From: Isurus oxyrinchus
Taxonomy: Eukaryota
NCBI GenBank assembly: GCA_026770705.1
Contig: JANJGN010000026.1
Coordinates: 33,294,001 to 33,358,000, forward strand
DNA: 64,000 nt
Direction: 5' to 3'
The notes under the pieces: generated by a model
Seen by the model: only the letters and a program-made list of their open reading frames with translations
Databases searched by the model: none
Told to the model about the DNA's origin: nothing
Translations under genes and position numbers: made by a program
Shown: positions 48,586-61,192 of the stretch, piece by piece
How the letters are laid out: each line of letters opens with the position of its first letter
Numbering within the stretch: the first letter of the stretch is position 1

Positions 48586-49011
48586 ATGTTGTTAGCGATC
48601 CTGTATATGCATATTATGGACAGTTTGGTAGGTGGGAATTTACATAAACGCATACAGCTAAACACAGGTTTAGATCGATCCGGTTTAACCTCCTGGATTT
48701 TGATCCTCTAACTTCACAGGTGGACTATGTGCAGATGCAGTAACACAGTCTCTGGTGACACTGGCCGTGTCAGAAGGGGGTTTGGTGAAGTGAGACTGCG
48801 GTATAAAACCCTGTATTTATACATCATGTAACAGTATTGGCAGAAACCGGCACAGCCTCCAAGCTGGATCATTAGCAAAGCAGCAGCACTGAAGGGATTG
48901 AAAATCTGAGAACGATATCTGGCTGCTGCTGACCAGGCTGCACAGCCCGATTACCTCAATGTAAGCAGCCTGGGTGTGGAGGACCGGGCGGTCAACTCAT
49001 GTGCAGCGAGA
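48586..49011 (+). pseudogene. V2 duplicate (pseudogene)
   Basis: ATG leader at 48586, exon from 48720, the same stops plus an extra 1-bp deletion after the first Cys. RSS 49012-49050. Confidence 0.85.
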
Positions 49012-49832
49012 CACAATGTCAGATAAAATCGAAGAACCCGGACAGTAAGCTCAGCGAGTGTTCACAGCTCCATTAATTTCTCTTTGGCTCTTTCATCTGC
49101 GGGAAACAAAGCCGACTGAGAACAAAGATTAGCAGGTTTGTTTATCAAACAATTGCATTGCTGTTTTTGTCCTTCTCCACATCAACAGGGAACAGGTCTG
49201 GGAAATCTTGAGCCTTATCTTCATGTCCGGAGCTCTATCTACTCGGTAAATGTCTCGAAGTTCACCCGGAATATTGATGTGTGAACAGAGGTAGAGAAGG
49301 TTCTCAGATATTCAGTAACTAAAGCCTAACATTATGAAATGTTCTTCCAGGCCGTTAACTCAGGCAGACCAGAGGACATTCTTCGCCATTCATTCCTGTA
49401 ACAAAATATAGAATTTATCCAAGTCTGGGACTAGATGTAACATATAAAATATACAACGCCGATTTTTACCTAGACTCAGCATATAACACGACAATTGTTA
49501 CAATAAAGGGACGCGGAGAGCATCTGATTTCGATTTCGACAGGGAATAACTGAACGTAGAAAGTTTTTTTAGGTATTTTTGCTCTGATATTAAAGAGTGA
49601 TCACATGTCAGGGGCAGAATCACTTATTGGGATACCGAGGGAGAGTGTTAATAAACATGCAGCTCTCTGATAATGGCATAGGCGACAAACGGTCGTAAGA
49701 ACAAACATCACAGGCCTCGCGTTTGCCAGTCGCTGGCACTTCAAAACATTAAAATGTGAATCGAGCACCGATCCAGATGGTTTTCCAGGAAAAATATCCT
49801 GCTGGTATTTCAGAACCAATATCTGAAATATA

Positions 49833-50214
49833 ATGCACCCTGCTGGGGCTTTCACCCTTATATTTCCATGGAGCTGTTCTGACTTAAGAAAAATAAGTTG
49901 GATGATAACGATTGTTTTGCATGATTAGTTTGCATTTACAGCGGCCTGTGGTGCAGATAGTATATCCCTAAGCGAGCAGGGGACGGCGCAGGTGGGGAAA
50001 GAGGCTCAAATCCGAATACCAGGAATGATTGGATTCCGTGGTGCCGGAAATTATCATTCCCCACAGCAGAATTCATAATCTCCCTCTATCAGGGCAGAGC
50101 AACCAAGGAAACCGAACGGTTTGGAAAGTGTCTTGACTGGAAAATGATTTTAACACTCTTTGTAGGTAAGAAACGGCAGTTTCAGACACCTGGGTGTATG
50201 ACTGCAGGAAGAGG
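49833..50214 (+). pseudogene. V3 duplicate (degenerate pseudogene)
   Basis: Near-identical to 2482-2863. Confidence 0.6.
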
Positions 50215-53200
50215 CACATGTGGAAAATGCTTACCGATCCTGTAGAACGACTCTCATTCTTCTCAATCATCGAGTTAATTACTTTCATCCTCACCACCTC
50301 GAGTAACCCTTTGTCAGTACAACAAAGAAAAATTATAGTATTGCCTTATAGTGTCATCTGACAAAGATCTGAAAGGTTAATGGCGTTGATGCTGTGGGCG
50401 GACACATTTGTTAGAACCCGAAAGGACCTGGGATTGATGTATCCGTGATTTCACCCGGAAACATCAAATATGATGGGCTAATNNNNNNNNNNNNNNNNNN
50501 NNNNNNNNNNNNNNNNNNNNNNNNNNNNNNNNNNNNNNNNNNNNNNNNNNNNNNNNNNNNNNNNNNNNNNNNNNNNNNNNNNNNNNNNNNNNNNNNNNNN
50601 NNNNNNNNNNNNNNNNNNNNNNNNNNNNGGGTTGGATTGGTAAAGATGTGTGAGAAAACCAGGGATGCATTAGAGATTGATATAATATTTCTGCTGTTTA
50701 ATTGTATACCTCTGGAAATTAGCAACAGCTCCCTTGTTATGTAATGGCCTCGTGAGCCTGGTGACTGTTGAAAATAACGTGTTAATCAATACATCTGGGA
50801 TCAGCTGCTCCTATTGAATAATTCACCAGTTATCTCCTACGTTAAGTTTAAATACCTGAAGTGTATGTGAGGAATTTAATTTCTTATTGTCCAACGGTTA
50901 AGTTTGTATTATTGCAGTGAATGAAGTCAGTTAAAAGCAATCTATTGCTGTGAGCTAGTTGATGTTTTGTGCGAAATCACTAGATTCAACGTTTCAAATC
51001 AAGAATGAAACGGAGCTTAATTTCCACAGGATAAAGTAAGCGGTCTCTGTTTGTCTTTCATTCCTTGATCAATCTCCTCTAACAATACACTGAATGGCTT
51101 CAGAATGGTATCTACAAAACGCACTGCTGGAACTCACCAAGTCTCTTTCGACAGCACATTCCAAACCCGCGGCCACGGAATCTAGAAGGACAAGGGCAGC
51201 AGATAGATGGGAACACCATCACCTGGAAGTTCCCCTCCAAATCACTCACCATCCTGACTTGGAAATATATCGCCGTTCCTTCATTGTTGCTGCGTCAAAA
51301 TCCTGGGTCTCCCTCCCTAATAGCACTGTGGGTGTACACTGCTGCAATGAAAACTTCAAATTGATGAATGAGTCTCTAGTAACGATATGAGGGAAATTGC
51401 GCTCTCGCAGTTTCTGAAACTTAACGAAAAAATATCAGCAGCATCTTTTGTGGCCACCTAATGTGGCTATTTGAATGTATATGTATGTTTGCTCTTGTAT
51501 GTTTATCTGTATGTACCCGTGCGGTGTTCCGATGTTCTCCAGTGGAGGGCGCTCGCTGCTGACTTGACCAACTGCAGGATGAGTTTTTTCATTCATTTAT
51601 GGGGTGTGGGAGCCGCTAGCTAGACCTGCATTTATCGCCCTTCCCTTATTACTCTTGAGAAGGTGGTGGTGAGCTGCCTTCTTGAACCGCTGCTGAACTT
51701 GTGGTGTAGACAAACCGACAGTGCTGATAGTGGGGGAGTTCCTGGAACTTCACCCAGCGACAGTGCAGGAACGGCTGACATATTTCCAAGTTAGTTTGGT
51801 GTGTGGCTTGGAGGGGAACTTCCAGGAGGTGTTGTATGTTTGTGTGGTTATGAAAGTGTCCAGCAGAGGACAGGTTGCTAAATGTCTGCATGTGTGCTTG
51901 TGTGTGTGATTATGTTAGTGTCCAGCAGAGGGTAAATTGCCAAAGATGTGCCTAAGGGTGATTATGACGGTGTCCAGCAGAGTGTAGATTGCTAAAATTG
52001 TGCATCCCTTTGTGCGTGTGTGTGTATGTGTGTGTGTGCGTGTGTGTGTGTATGTGTATGTGTGATTATGGCAGTCGCAGCAGAGAGTAGATTGCTAAAG
52101 GTGTGTGAGGGTGTGTGTGTGTATGATCATGACAGTGCACAGCAGAGGGAAGGGACTGAAGGGGTGTATGTGTCTGCATGTGAGTGTGTGTGAGAGAGTG
52201 CGTGTGATTGAGTGCGTGTGTGTGTGTTTGCGTGTGTGTGCGTGTGTATGTGATTGTGACAGTGTCCAGCAGAGTGTAGGTTGCTAAGGGTGTGTGTGTG
52301 TTTGTCTGTGAGTGTGTGTGTGTGTGTGTGTGTGTTAGCGTGTGTGTGTGACTGTGTGATTCCGAAAGTGTCCAGCACAGCAGCAAATGGCGATGTCGAA
52401 TTGAAGGGCCGCATATTAAGGGAACCATTTCGTTTTCATTGTGTAAAACAGCAGACGCCATGACTGGGACATGTGGAAGCATTTACCCCGTCACCGAGCT
52501 ACAATACTCAGTGAACATCTTAGAGCTTCCAAGCGCTATTGGACATGGCAAAAGAGATTTGGCAGAGGTTGGCGAGTAACCACAGTGCAGTGATACCCAG
52601 GACAATTGACAATCTCTTCATTCTGAAAGGTGTTCAGAACCTGATTATTCGCCATTTTTTCCTGAAAGACAAAAGTAGAATATTTCAAAAGTCAGGGAGT
52701 AACCCTGGAAAACACGCTGGCTCTTCGAAACTGGGTTCACTGCGCAATTTGAGTTCTCTAAATAATCTGTAAATAAAAGCCTAATGATGACCATGGAACC
52801 ATTGCCGATTGCCATTAATAAGCCCATTTGGTTCACTAATGTCCCTAAGGGACGCAAATCCGCTGCCCTTACCTGGACTGGCCTACATCCGACTCGTGGG
52901 CCACATCAATGTGGTTGACTCTTAAATGCCCTTGAACCAGGGCAATTGGAGCTAGGCACTAAATGCTGGCCTAATCAGGAATGCCAACATCCCAGGAACG
53001 AATAAAAGCAAATGTTTAGAAGGTCTATTTTCTTCCAGACTCTAAGTACGAAGGATTTCCATGTGCAGTGTCCAATAAACAGTAGGCGTTAGAATCGATA
53101 AAATATAATCCCCACAGGATAGAGAGAAGTTAAACACAGCAGGGGTTCCGTTCAAATCGCACACGAAAAGCTGAGAACCACAAATGCTGCGAATCTGAAA

Positions 53201-53782
53201 TAAAAGAGCAGAAAATTCTGGAAAAGTAAAGGTTAGCCGGATATGCTGCCTCCCAGTGGAGAGAGGATCAGAGCTAACGTTTCTGATTGGTGAAATTTTA
53301 TCAGAACTACAAGATCTGGAAGTGCAGTAACTTTAGTGCAATATTTTGGTGTGACAAGGGATGTTTCATTGTACGGGATCCGGTTAATCTTTGTAGCAGT
53401 GCGTGGCTCATAGCGCGAGGACACACCGGCGGGGCGGAGGGTAGTTCCCAGCGATGTTTAAAGCAATCCTTCTGATTTCCTTTGCAAAACAACAGATACT
53501 TGTCCGGAGTCACAAGAACCAGGCAAGTGTTTGATCCGCAACACTAACTATAAATTAGGAACCATCCTGTCTGTGAGCAGAGTGCTTGCAGTCCAGCTCG
53601 GGGCGTGTCCATTCACTAGCAGTCAGCTCCACACCCAGCACCACTGGCGGCACAAAGGAGTGAGGCGGGACTATCCTGAGTCACGAGAGCAGATTATTGA
53701 GGATGGGCTTTAGAACAGGTTTTCTCAAATATCCGACTGCCCTTTTACAGAGCGACAATGCAGGGGTTAGAACGGGTGTCCT

Positions 53783-54047
53783 CACCTGAGGTACGTCATC
53801 AGGTTATTGAGGGCGGGGTTTAGAATTGGTGTTTTCACCAGAGGCACGTCATCAGATCATTGAAGGCGGGTTTCAGAATGGGTTCCTGCACGTGAGACAC
53901 ATCATCAGATTATTGAGGGTGGGGTTTTGAATGGGTATTTTCACGTGCGATTCATCATTAGATTGTTGAAGGCAGGGTTTAGATTGCGTGTTTTCACCTG
54001 AGATACGTCATCAGATTATTGAGGGCGGGGTTCAGAATGGGTGCCTT
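53783..54047 (+). promoter_or_regulatory. Duplicate of the 5 x 53-bp promoter array
   Basis: Units at 53783, 53836, 53889, 53942 and 53995 (exact 53-bp period). Confidence 0.75.
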
Positions 54048-54086
54048 CAAATAGCCGACTGCCCTTTTATAGACCGGACAGCGACA

Positions 54087-54538
54087 ATGCATCTACTCGG
54101 CATTTTGGTTCTTTGGGGATTATTGATCACAGGCAATTGTGGACTTAACATCAAGTCAACTTTGCTCCCGTTTCCTCGTCATGGTTCAAGTCATGTTTTA
54201 ATCAGCCACCGTTCATATATTGCCTGATTTTGTTTTGTTTTCAGATCTCTGCGATGGAGATTCAGTCACTCAGCCGCTGCCCCCGTGTGTTAAGGCAGAA
54301 GGAGAACCGGTGACACTGACCTGTAGCTACGATCATACAGCAAGCAGGTATAGTCTATTCTGGTACCAACAACACCCAGACACACATCCCTAGTATACGC
54401 TCAGAAAGGATAGTGATGGTGATGAATTTAAAGCAGATTTTGCTGAAACTCGCTTCTTTCCTGACCTTCAAATCTCCAACAAACTCATCTACTTATCCAT
54501 CAGCGGGTCTGCAGTGTATTACTGCGCTTTCTGGCACT
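54087..54538 (+). pseudogene. V4 duplicate (pseudogene)
   Basis: Same TAG and FR3 deletion. RSS CATAGTG at 54539, 23 bp, ACAAGAACT. Confidence 0.9.
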
Positions 54539-57235
54539 CATAGTGACAGAATGCAGCCTCACCCCTGTACAAGAACTGCGGAGCGGGATTCAATGACTGT
54601 TGCGCATTGTGGTGAATCTCGGGCACATTTAGCCGCTCAACACACACACCAGGAGGAAACCAAATGAACCTCTGATCGAACTGTCACACAGCAGTTTTCT
54701 AAGAGACGTTAAGAGAATAAATCTGCATCTTCGCATCGGGCAGAGAGACACAGAAGGGAATCCTATTGGGAGAGAGCCATTCACATCCCCACCCTCACTA
54801 ACTTGCTGCCAGGTGAGAACGGTCGATGCTGAGCTGCATGTCAGTGAACTGGAACACCTTGAGATCGGCTGCACTCAATGGCCTGTTTGGAGTTCTGGTG
54901 TTCGAGACCTGGGTGGAAATGGGAACGCCTGGCTAATCAACTGGAAAGCAATGTTAATGGAGGAACAAATGTCCCAGCATTAGGAAGATGCCCTGAAGCA
55001 CAATGGGCACTGAGGGCGGTCTATGCTTGGGTTTGTTTCAATGACCACAGTCACTAATTTGCAAGATCGTCTGACTGTGGAGAAACTGATTATGATCCAA
55101 TAAGACACTTAGATTCACCATATCATGTGAACAGGCCTTGTTTCCCTAAAACTGTCAGGGGAGATGGAGATAGAGAAATAGCTGCTGACAGGGCAGGAAA
55201 AGATTTTTTTAAAAGACGTGGTGCATTTATGACATTCAACTTTGGTTTATATTGCAAGTCGAAATAAACAAATATAAATCCAGAATTAATTCTCACCTGC
55301 ATTCAATGGGCACAATATGCATAAAGGGAGAAGGCTGCGTGTAAGGAGAGGAATTTCCAAGATCTAACAAGTGTGAAAATCCTTCAGCATCTCACAACTC
55401 AGTGCTGCGCTGTTTACTGATATATCAGGCAGGTCTCCCTGACACTCGCTGTGGAGTTTGAATGACCCCTCCTCCTCATTGGTGTGAGGAAGCCCTCTAG
55501 TGGGCATTGACCTCGGTGTGAGGTCTTTTTACGGGCTCCTGGAAGGCACGTTCACTATTTATTTGTTATTCATTCGCGGGATGTGGGTGTCACTGGCTGG
55601 GCCAGCATTTATTGCCCATTCCTTGTTGCTCTTGAGAAGGTGGTGGTGAGCTGCCTTCTTGAACCGCTGCAGTCCATGTGGTGTAGGTATACCCACATTG
55701 CTGTTAGGAGGTAGGGCTGGGCGGAATTCAATGATTTTCACTGGCAGTTGAATATTTGCCTCGTTTTCAGGATAACCCCCAAACCCTCCCTTTTTTTCAA
55801 GTGCCACCCATGACATGTGCACCTAATCGAGCCAATTGGGTTCCTGCTTCCGCATCTCAAATGGAAGAGGGAACCTCCAGGAGCGTCAAACCTCTTTCAG
55901 TAACGGGACTGGCAGCAGCGCCCTAAATTTTGAGCTCAAATCGCTGCAACAAGATTTAGAAACAGGCTCTACTGCCTCAGATGCCAGGGCCTTACCACTG
56001 AGGCAAATCTAAACCGCAGGATCTATACTTTAGACCCGCTCCTGTTAATCACAGCGCATTCGAGGAGAGGCATCGGCATATTGGTCTTGTAACTGGACTA
56101 ACACCAGCGTGATGCTCTTTGTTCCCGGGTTCGACCCATGACACCTGATCAGGAAATTGGAATTCTAATGTTATCCTCATTCAATGGAAGTCTGCCGGAA
56201 AAAAGAGAATCTAATGCCACTTTAGGGAATTAAATCTGTCGTTCTGGCCTGCATGTGGTTCAGTTATAGGTCAGGATGCCCCTCAGATCAATTAGAGTTC
56301 CATCGGCTTTGTGTGCACATTTTATTTGGTTCTGATCAGCCGGTCACGGCCTTTATGTTTGGAGTCTATGAATTTAGCCCATGGAAGTGAGATCTGCCCA
56401 CCCTCCCAGCTGTTTCTATTTGGTGTTCCGCAGGGAGTGACATCGGACCTATAGGAAAGTGACGCCAGTGCTTTTTGATTGGATATACTGCAACTCTCTG
56501 AGACACAGAGAAGCCCCTGGGATTATGGAGCAGCAGCAACGAGGCTCTCCGTTCTCGCTGTAGCCTGGGGGCATTCATTGTCGATAAGAGGATGAAACGT
56601 TTATAAAAAAGAATATTAATTTCTGGATGAATCAATGTGAAAAGCAGAGAGTTAATGTAATCCTTTTACCGACCGGTTGTTGGACCACATTTGCAGTATT
56701 ACCAAAAGGAGATAGAAAATCAGGAGGAATAATTGGAGAGGATGGGGTTGTTCTTCCCAGTTAAGTCAGGACTGAGGGACAAGGTGGGAGAGATCTGTAA
56801 ATGGCTGAAGGAGTTTGATGGGGTTGAAATGGAAAATCTTTCCACATGTCACAGATTATAAAGATACGAGCCACAAATACAGGAGTGGGAAAAGTTATCC
56901 AAAGTGGGATTCAGGAGAAGGTTTATTCCCATGGAACGGTTAAAGTGTTGAATTCACCTTCACAAAGAGGGTTTCGGGTGAATAGTATCCCTAATATAAT
57001 TGGACAGGTGCTGGGGGAATGAAGAGAAGGATATGTTGAGAGAGAAAATGAAGAGTGATGGAAGGTACTCCTGGTGATTGTAAACACCCACAGACACCAG
57101 TTGTGCCCAATAACCTTTTCTATCATCTGAATTATATCTACATCAATATAACACTGTCTGTGAACTATTGCTGTCAGTTCAGTTCAATTGAAGTAATACT
57201 CTCTGATTTCCTCTTCCTTTGACCGTGTGTTCCAG

Positions 57236-57539
57236 ATCTGAGCGATGGAGATTCTGTTACTCAGCGCGAATCCTCGCTCACACAGGCAGAGCGAGAAGAT
57301 GTCGCTTTAACCTGCATCTTTACCGGCGATGGTTATTACTTATCCTGGTGCTGTCAATACCCAGACAGACAGCCCGAGTTTGCACTCCAGAGACACATGG
57401 GCGGTGATTCTGAATTTAAGGCGGATTTTGCTTAGAGCCGGTTTTCTGATACATTCCAGCAGACAGACAGATTGTACCGATTGACCTTCTCGGAGCTGCG
57501 GCTGTCTGACACCGCAGTATATTACTGTGCACTGAGTCT
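57236..57539 (+). pseudogene. V5 duplicate V exon (pseudogene)
   Basis: Retains the TAG. The FR1 TGA of copy 1 is CGA here. RSS CATAGCG at 57540, 12 bp, TCAATAACT. Confidence 0.9.
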
Positions 57540-59393
57540 CATAGCGATTGTTCCTCGTTCAATAACTGCTGCAGCTTTCTGGGTTACAGCTTCTCTCTGT
57601 TGAGGGCTGTTTATCACAGCGGGTCAGACACTGTCACGTGAATCCATTCCTACTAGCAATAAAACAAGCACAAGAACAAGTACAACAAAAACTGCATCTG
57701 AAATCGGTCCCTTTGAATGCTGACCCTCTTCCTGATGATTGCATTAACGTTATGGGGGCTGAATTGGCTGCTCGCCATTCCCCATTTCCCAAAACTATCT
57801 CCAGACCCTTTCCTGGAACCGTTCTACCAGTTTAGCTTCAGAGGCAGTTCGTGGCAAACAGAAAAGGAATAATTGTTCTGAAACATCAGTCTGCAGTGGA
57901 AACAGCAGTACTCCAAGCTATAAGGGCGTAATAATTATATGAACCAGTAAATGTTCCTAAATGTAAAAGAAATTTGGACATATTAAAACAGAGCATGTAT
58001 AATCTGAGCAGTTCCTGAAAGTGTGCTGCCATCTTGCGGGAGAAATCAGAATTGTCCCCGTCATTGTTTCCTTCAGTTCAGAGAACTGTTGTTCAGGAAT
58101 TATCTTCCGAAGACACTCAAAGGGCACAAATCCCTAGGGCAATCCTCATAAGCACCATCTAATTACGTTCATGTTGAACAATGGCTCTCTCTTTGATGAT
58201 TGCATGAACGGAATGAGGGCAGAATTGGCTGCTCCTTATTCCCATTAAGAAAACACACTCCCACCCGCTTTCCTGGTGCCAGTTCAGTTGGTTTCCCGCT
58301 TCTTCTGACATGGCTGCAATAATTGGTTGTTTCTACCGGCCTGCAGGGGAAGCAGAAGTCCGCCAGCTCGAGACGATTCGAATAATTTGATGAGCCTGTT
58401 TAAATGTCCCTCAGTGTTAAAGACTTTCGGACATATTGAAAAGAATTATCCGTTTCTGAGGTGTTGCTGCCACCTGGTGGAAGCAATCAGAATGCCGCCG
58501 GCAATATTTTCTTCAATTCAGAGCGACTGCTTAGGAGTAATATTTCTAGGAGACTCAAAAGGTAAGTAAGATCGATTGTTGTAATTCTATATCGTGATAT
58601 TACTATAGTTGCTGCACTAGGGTGTACCTCTTTTTATATCACATTACACTGAGTGGTCAGCATTGATTGTTGCCTGAATATACAATGTGTGAAGGCGTAA
58701 GTTTGGTGAGTGAGGGTGTTCAGTGAAGATACAAATTAATTAATCAAAATAAATGTAATTCGCTCAATAAAGATGGCAGGAGAGGTGATGTGTCTCGGCT
58801 GCAGCATGTGTGAGCTACTGGCTTGCACTGCAATCCATGGCAACCACATAAGACCATAAGACTTAGGAGCAGAAGTAGGCCATTCGGCCCATCGAGTCTA
58901 GGTCCGCCATTCAGTGAGATCATGGCTATTCTGATAATCCTCAACTCCACTTTCCTGTCTTTCCACTATCACCCATGATTCACTTACTTACTGTATTTCT
59001 CAACCTTGGATATATTTAACGACCTAGCCTCTTTGGTAAACAATTCCACAGATTGACGACCCTCTGAGAGAATAGATTCCTCCTCATCTCTATTTTAAGT
59101 GGGGAGCCCCATTACTCTGCGATTATGCCCACCCCCACCCCCACCCACCCCCCCCCCCCCCCCCACCCCCCATCCCACGTCCTAGGAAACCCTGTGCCAC
59201 TCTGCGTCACATCTGTCGCTTGTAAAATGCTAGAGTCAATTATTAAGGATTTAGTAACAACCTAACTAGTGTCTTACAAATGTTCAACATGACCTCATTA
59301 CTCTTTTCCACAATGCCCCTATTAATAAAGCCTAAGATACTGTATGCTTTATTAACTGCTCTCTCAACATGCTGTGCCATCTTCAATAGCTTA

Positions 59394-59425
<32 letters not shown>

Positions 59426-60280
59426 CGCAGGTTCCTTTGTGCCTGCATCTCCTTTAGAGTTTGTCCCTTTATTTTATATTATTTCTCCATATTCTTTCGG
59501 CAAAAATGAATTGCATCACACTTCTGTGGCATTGAACTTCTTCTGGCAAACCACCCACGTCTCTATGTCCTTCTGAAGTTCAAATCTATCCCAAACAAAA
59601 TTCACAAAGTTTCCAATCTTTGTATTATCTGCTAGTCTTGGAATCTATCTCAGAACAGCACAATCTAGTTTCATACATCCAGGTCACCATAAGAAGACAA
59701 GTGTTATTCGTGGGAGCGTTGCTGAGCTGGAAGTCAGTGAATAGAAGCAGCTCGAGCTGCGCTGCAGCCAGTGTCCTCATTGTGGGAATAGTTCAGCTGC
59801 TAGAGACCGGGGTTGGGCATAAGAGTCCGGTACGTTCATTAGGGACTGTCTCGATGTCCTGGGCCCACATCCCATCTTTAACAAACACCACCCAATACGA
59901 ACACGTGCACCGACCTCCCGGTTCATCACTGTGGGGTAAGGAGGGCGGCAGCACAACTGGCAGAAAGAAAAGCTCCCTACCCCCAGCCCTGTACAACAGA
60001 GTATTGTGGGAGGGGATTTCACATCCGGGTCACAATCCCAATGTAGAGTCAGAAAATTGCAGCCTCCTTTTATAAACCTGTCTCTTATTCACAAAACATT
60101 TAGCCAGCGACCCGAGAACCGTGCGGCCCATCAATGATCTCAGCTAAGCTGCCCTTTGTAAATCAACTCGATCCCCTAAGGTGTTTCAGTCCAGCCCTGA
60201 AGTCCGGTCTCCCAGGGCAGTCCAGGGCTGCAGTCTCCAGCTCCCCGTCACATAAACCCCCAGCTCTAGGCAGCAGAGCG

Positions 60281-60758
60281 ATGGGAATCCTCCTTGTTTT
60301 CACCCTGTGTGTCTGTATACCCCGTGAGTACCGATCAAACAAACCGACATGTTGTGGGTTTAATATAAAGCTGCTCCAGTCCATCCCAATTACAGACAAT
60401 GTCTGCGGGTTTAACCCCGCTCCGTGGTTCGGCTCTGATGGTCCATTACACTCTCTCTGTTTAATTTCCAGGCTCTTTCAGTCAGTCAGTGACACAGACC
60501 CCAGCAGCGGTGACCAGGAAGGAGTGTCAGTCTCTCACCATTACTGTATTTATTATGGTTATTATTATTTACAAAATGGACATTTCTTCAAACAAACCCA
60601 GACCGGGACAGAGCGGGAACGGATCTCCGGCGGAGGAAGATTTGTTGTGTCGGTGAATAAAGCAGGAAAGACATTTTCACTGGAAATTCGGGACGTGAGA
60701 GTTGAAGACACGGCCAACTATTACTGTAAAGCTCAATACAGGTACAACATTGGTTAAT
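60281..60758 (+). pseudogene. Second NAR-TCR V, frameshifted; 12-RSS at 60759-60786
   Basis: Leader 60281-60323, exon from 60472. ACCATTACTGTATT versus ACCATCACTTGTATT in copy 1 is a 1-bp deletion at the first canonical Cys (about 60545). Confidence 0.88.
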
Positions 60759-61139
60759 CACAGAGGAAAAGGCCTGAACAAATAGCTCTGTACAATTAAA
60801 ATATATATTCTCCGGGCCCGGATACTGAATTGTCGGGTTGATGTTATCATCGCTGGAATCTGATTACGTTTTATTGTAATTTCCACCATTCCATTATCTT
60901 TCTTTGATATTTGTTTCGGTTTATATGAAGCGAACATCTCGTTCCCTGGACCAGTTACTCAGCGCTCAGGACCTCACAAAGCACAGTGTGAGCCGGCAGA
61001 CATTTTGAAACATTGAATATTGTTTATTTTTTTCAATCCGCTGAATATATGGCAGTTTCTACTGTCTGGTGATGATTTCCCTCCAGGTTGAATTGTCGGT
61101 GGTTCTTGTGCCGGGGAGACTGAGAGCAGTGTTACTGTG

Positions 61140-61192
61140 GTGGAAATATGATTCTGTGGATGGATCCGGTACGATGTTGACTGTCATAGCCG
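61140..61192 (+). CDS. Second NAR-TCR J segment with 23-RSS (61101-61139)
   Basis: Coding sequence identical to 13732-13784. Donor GTAAGT at 61193. Confidence 0.88.
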
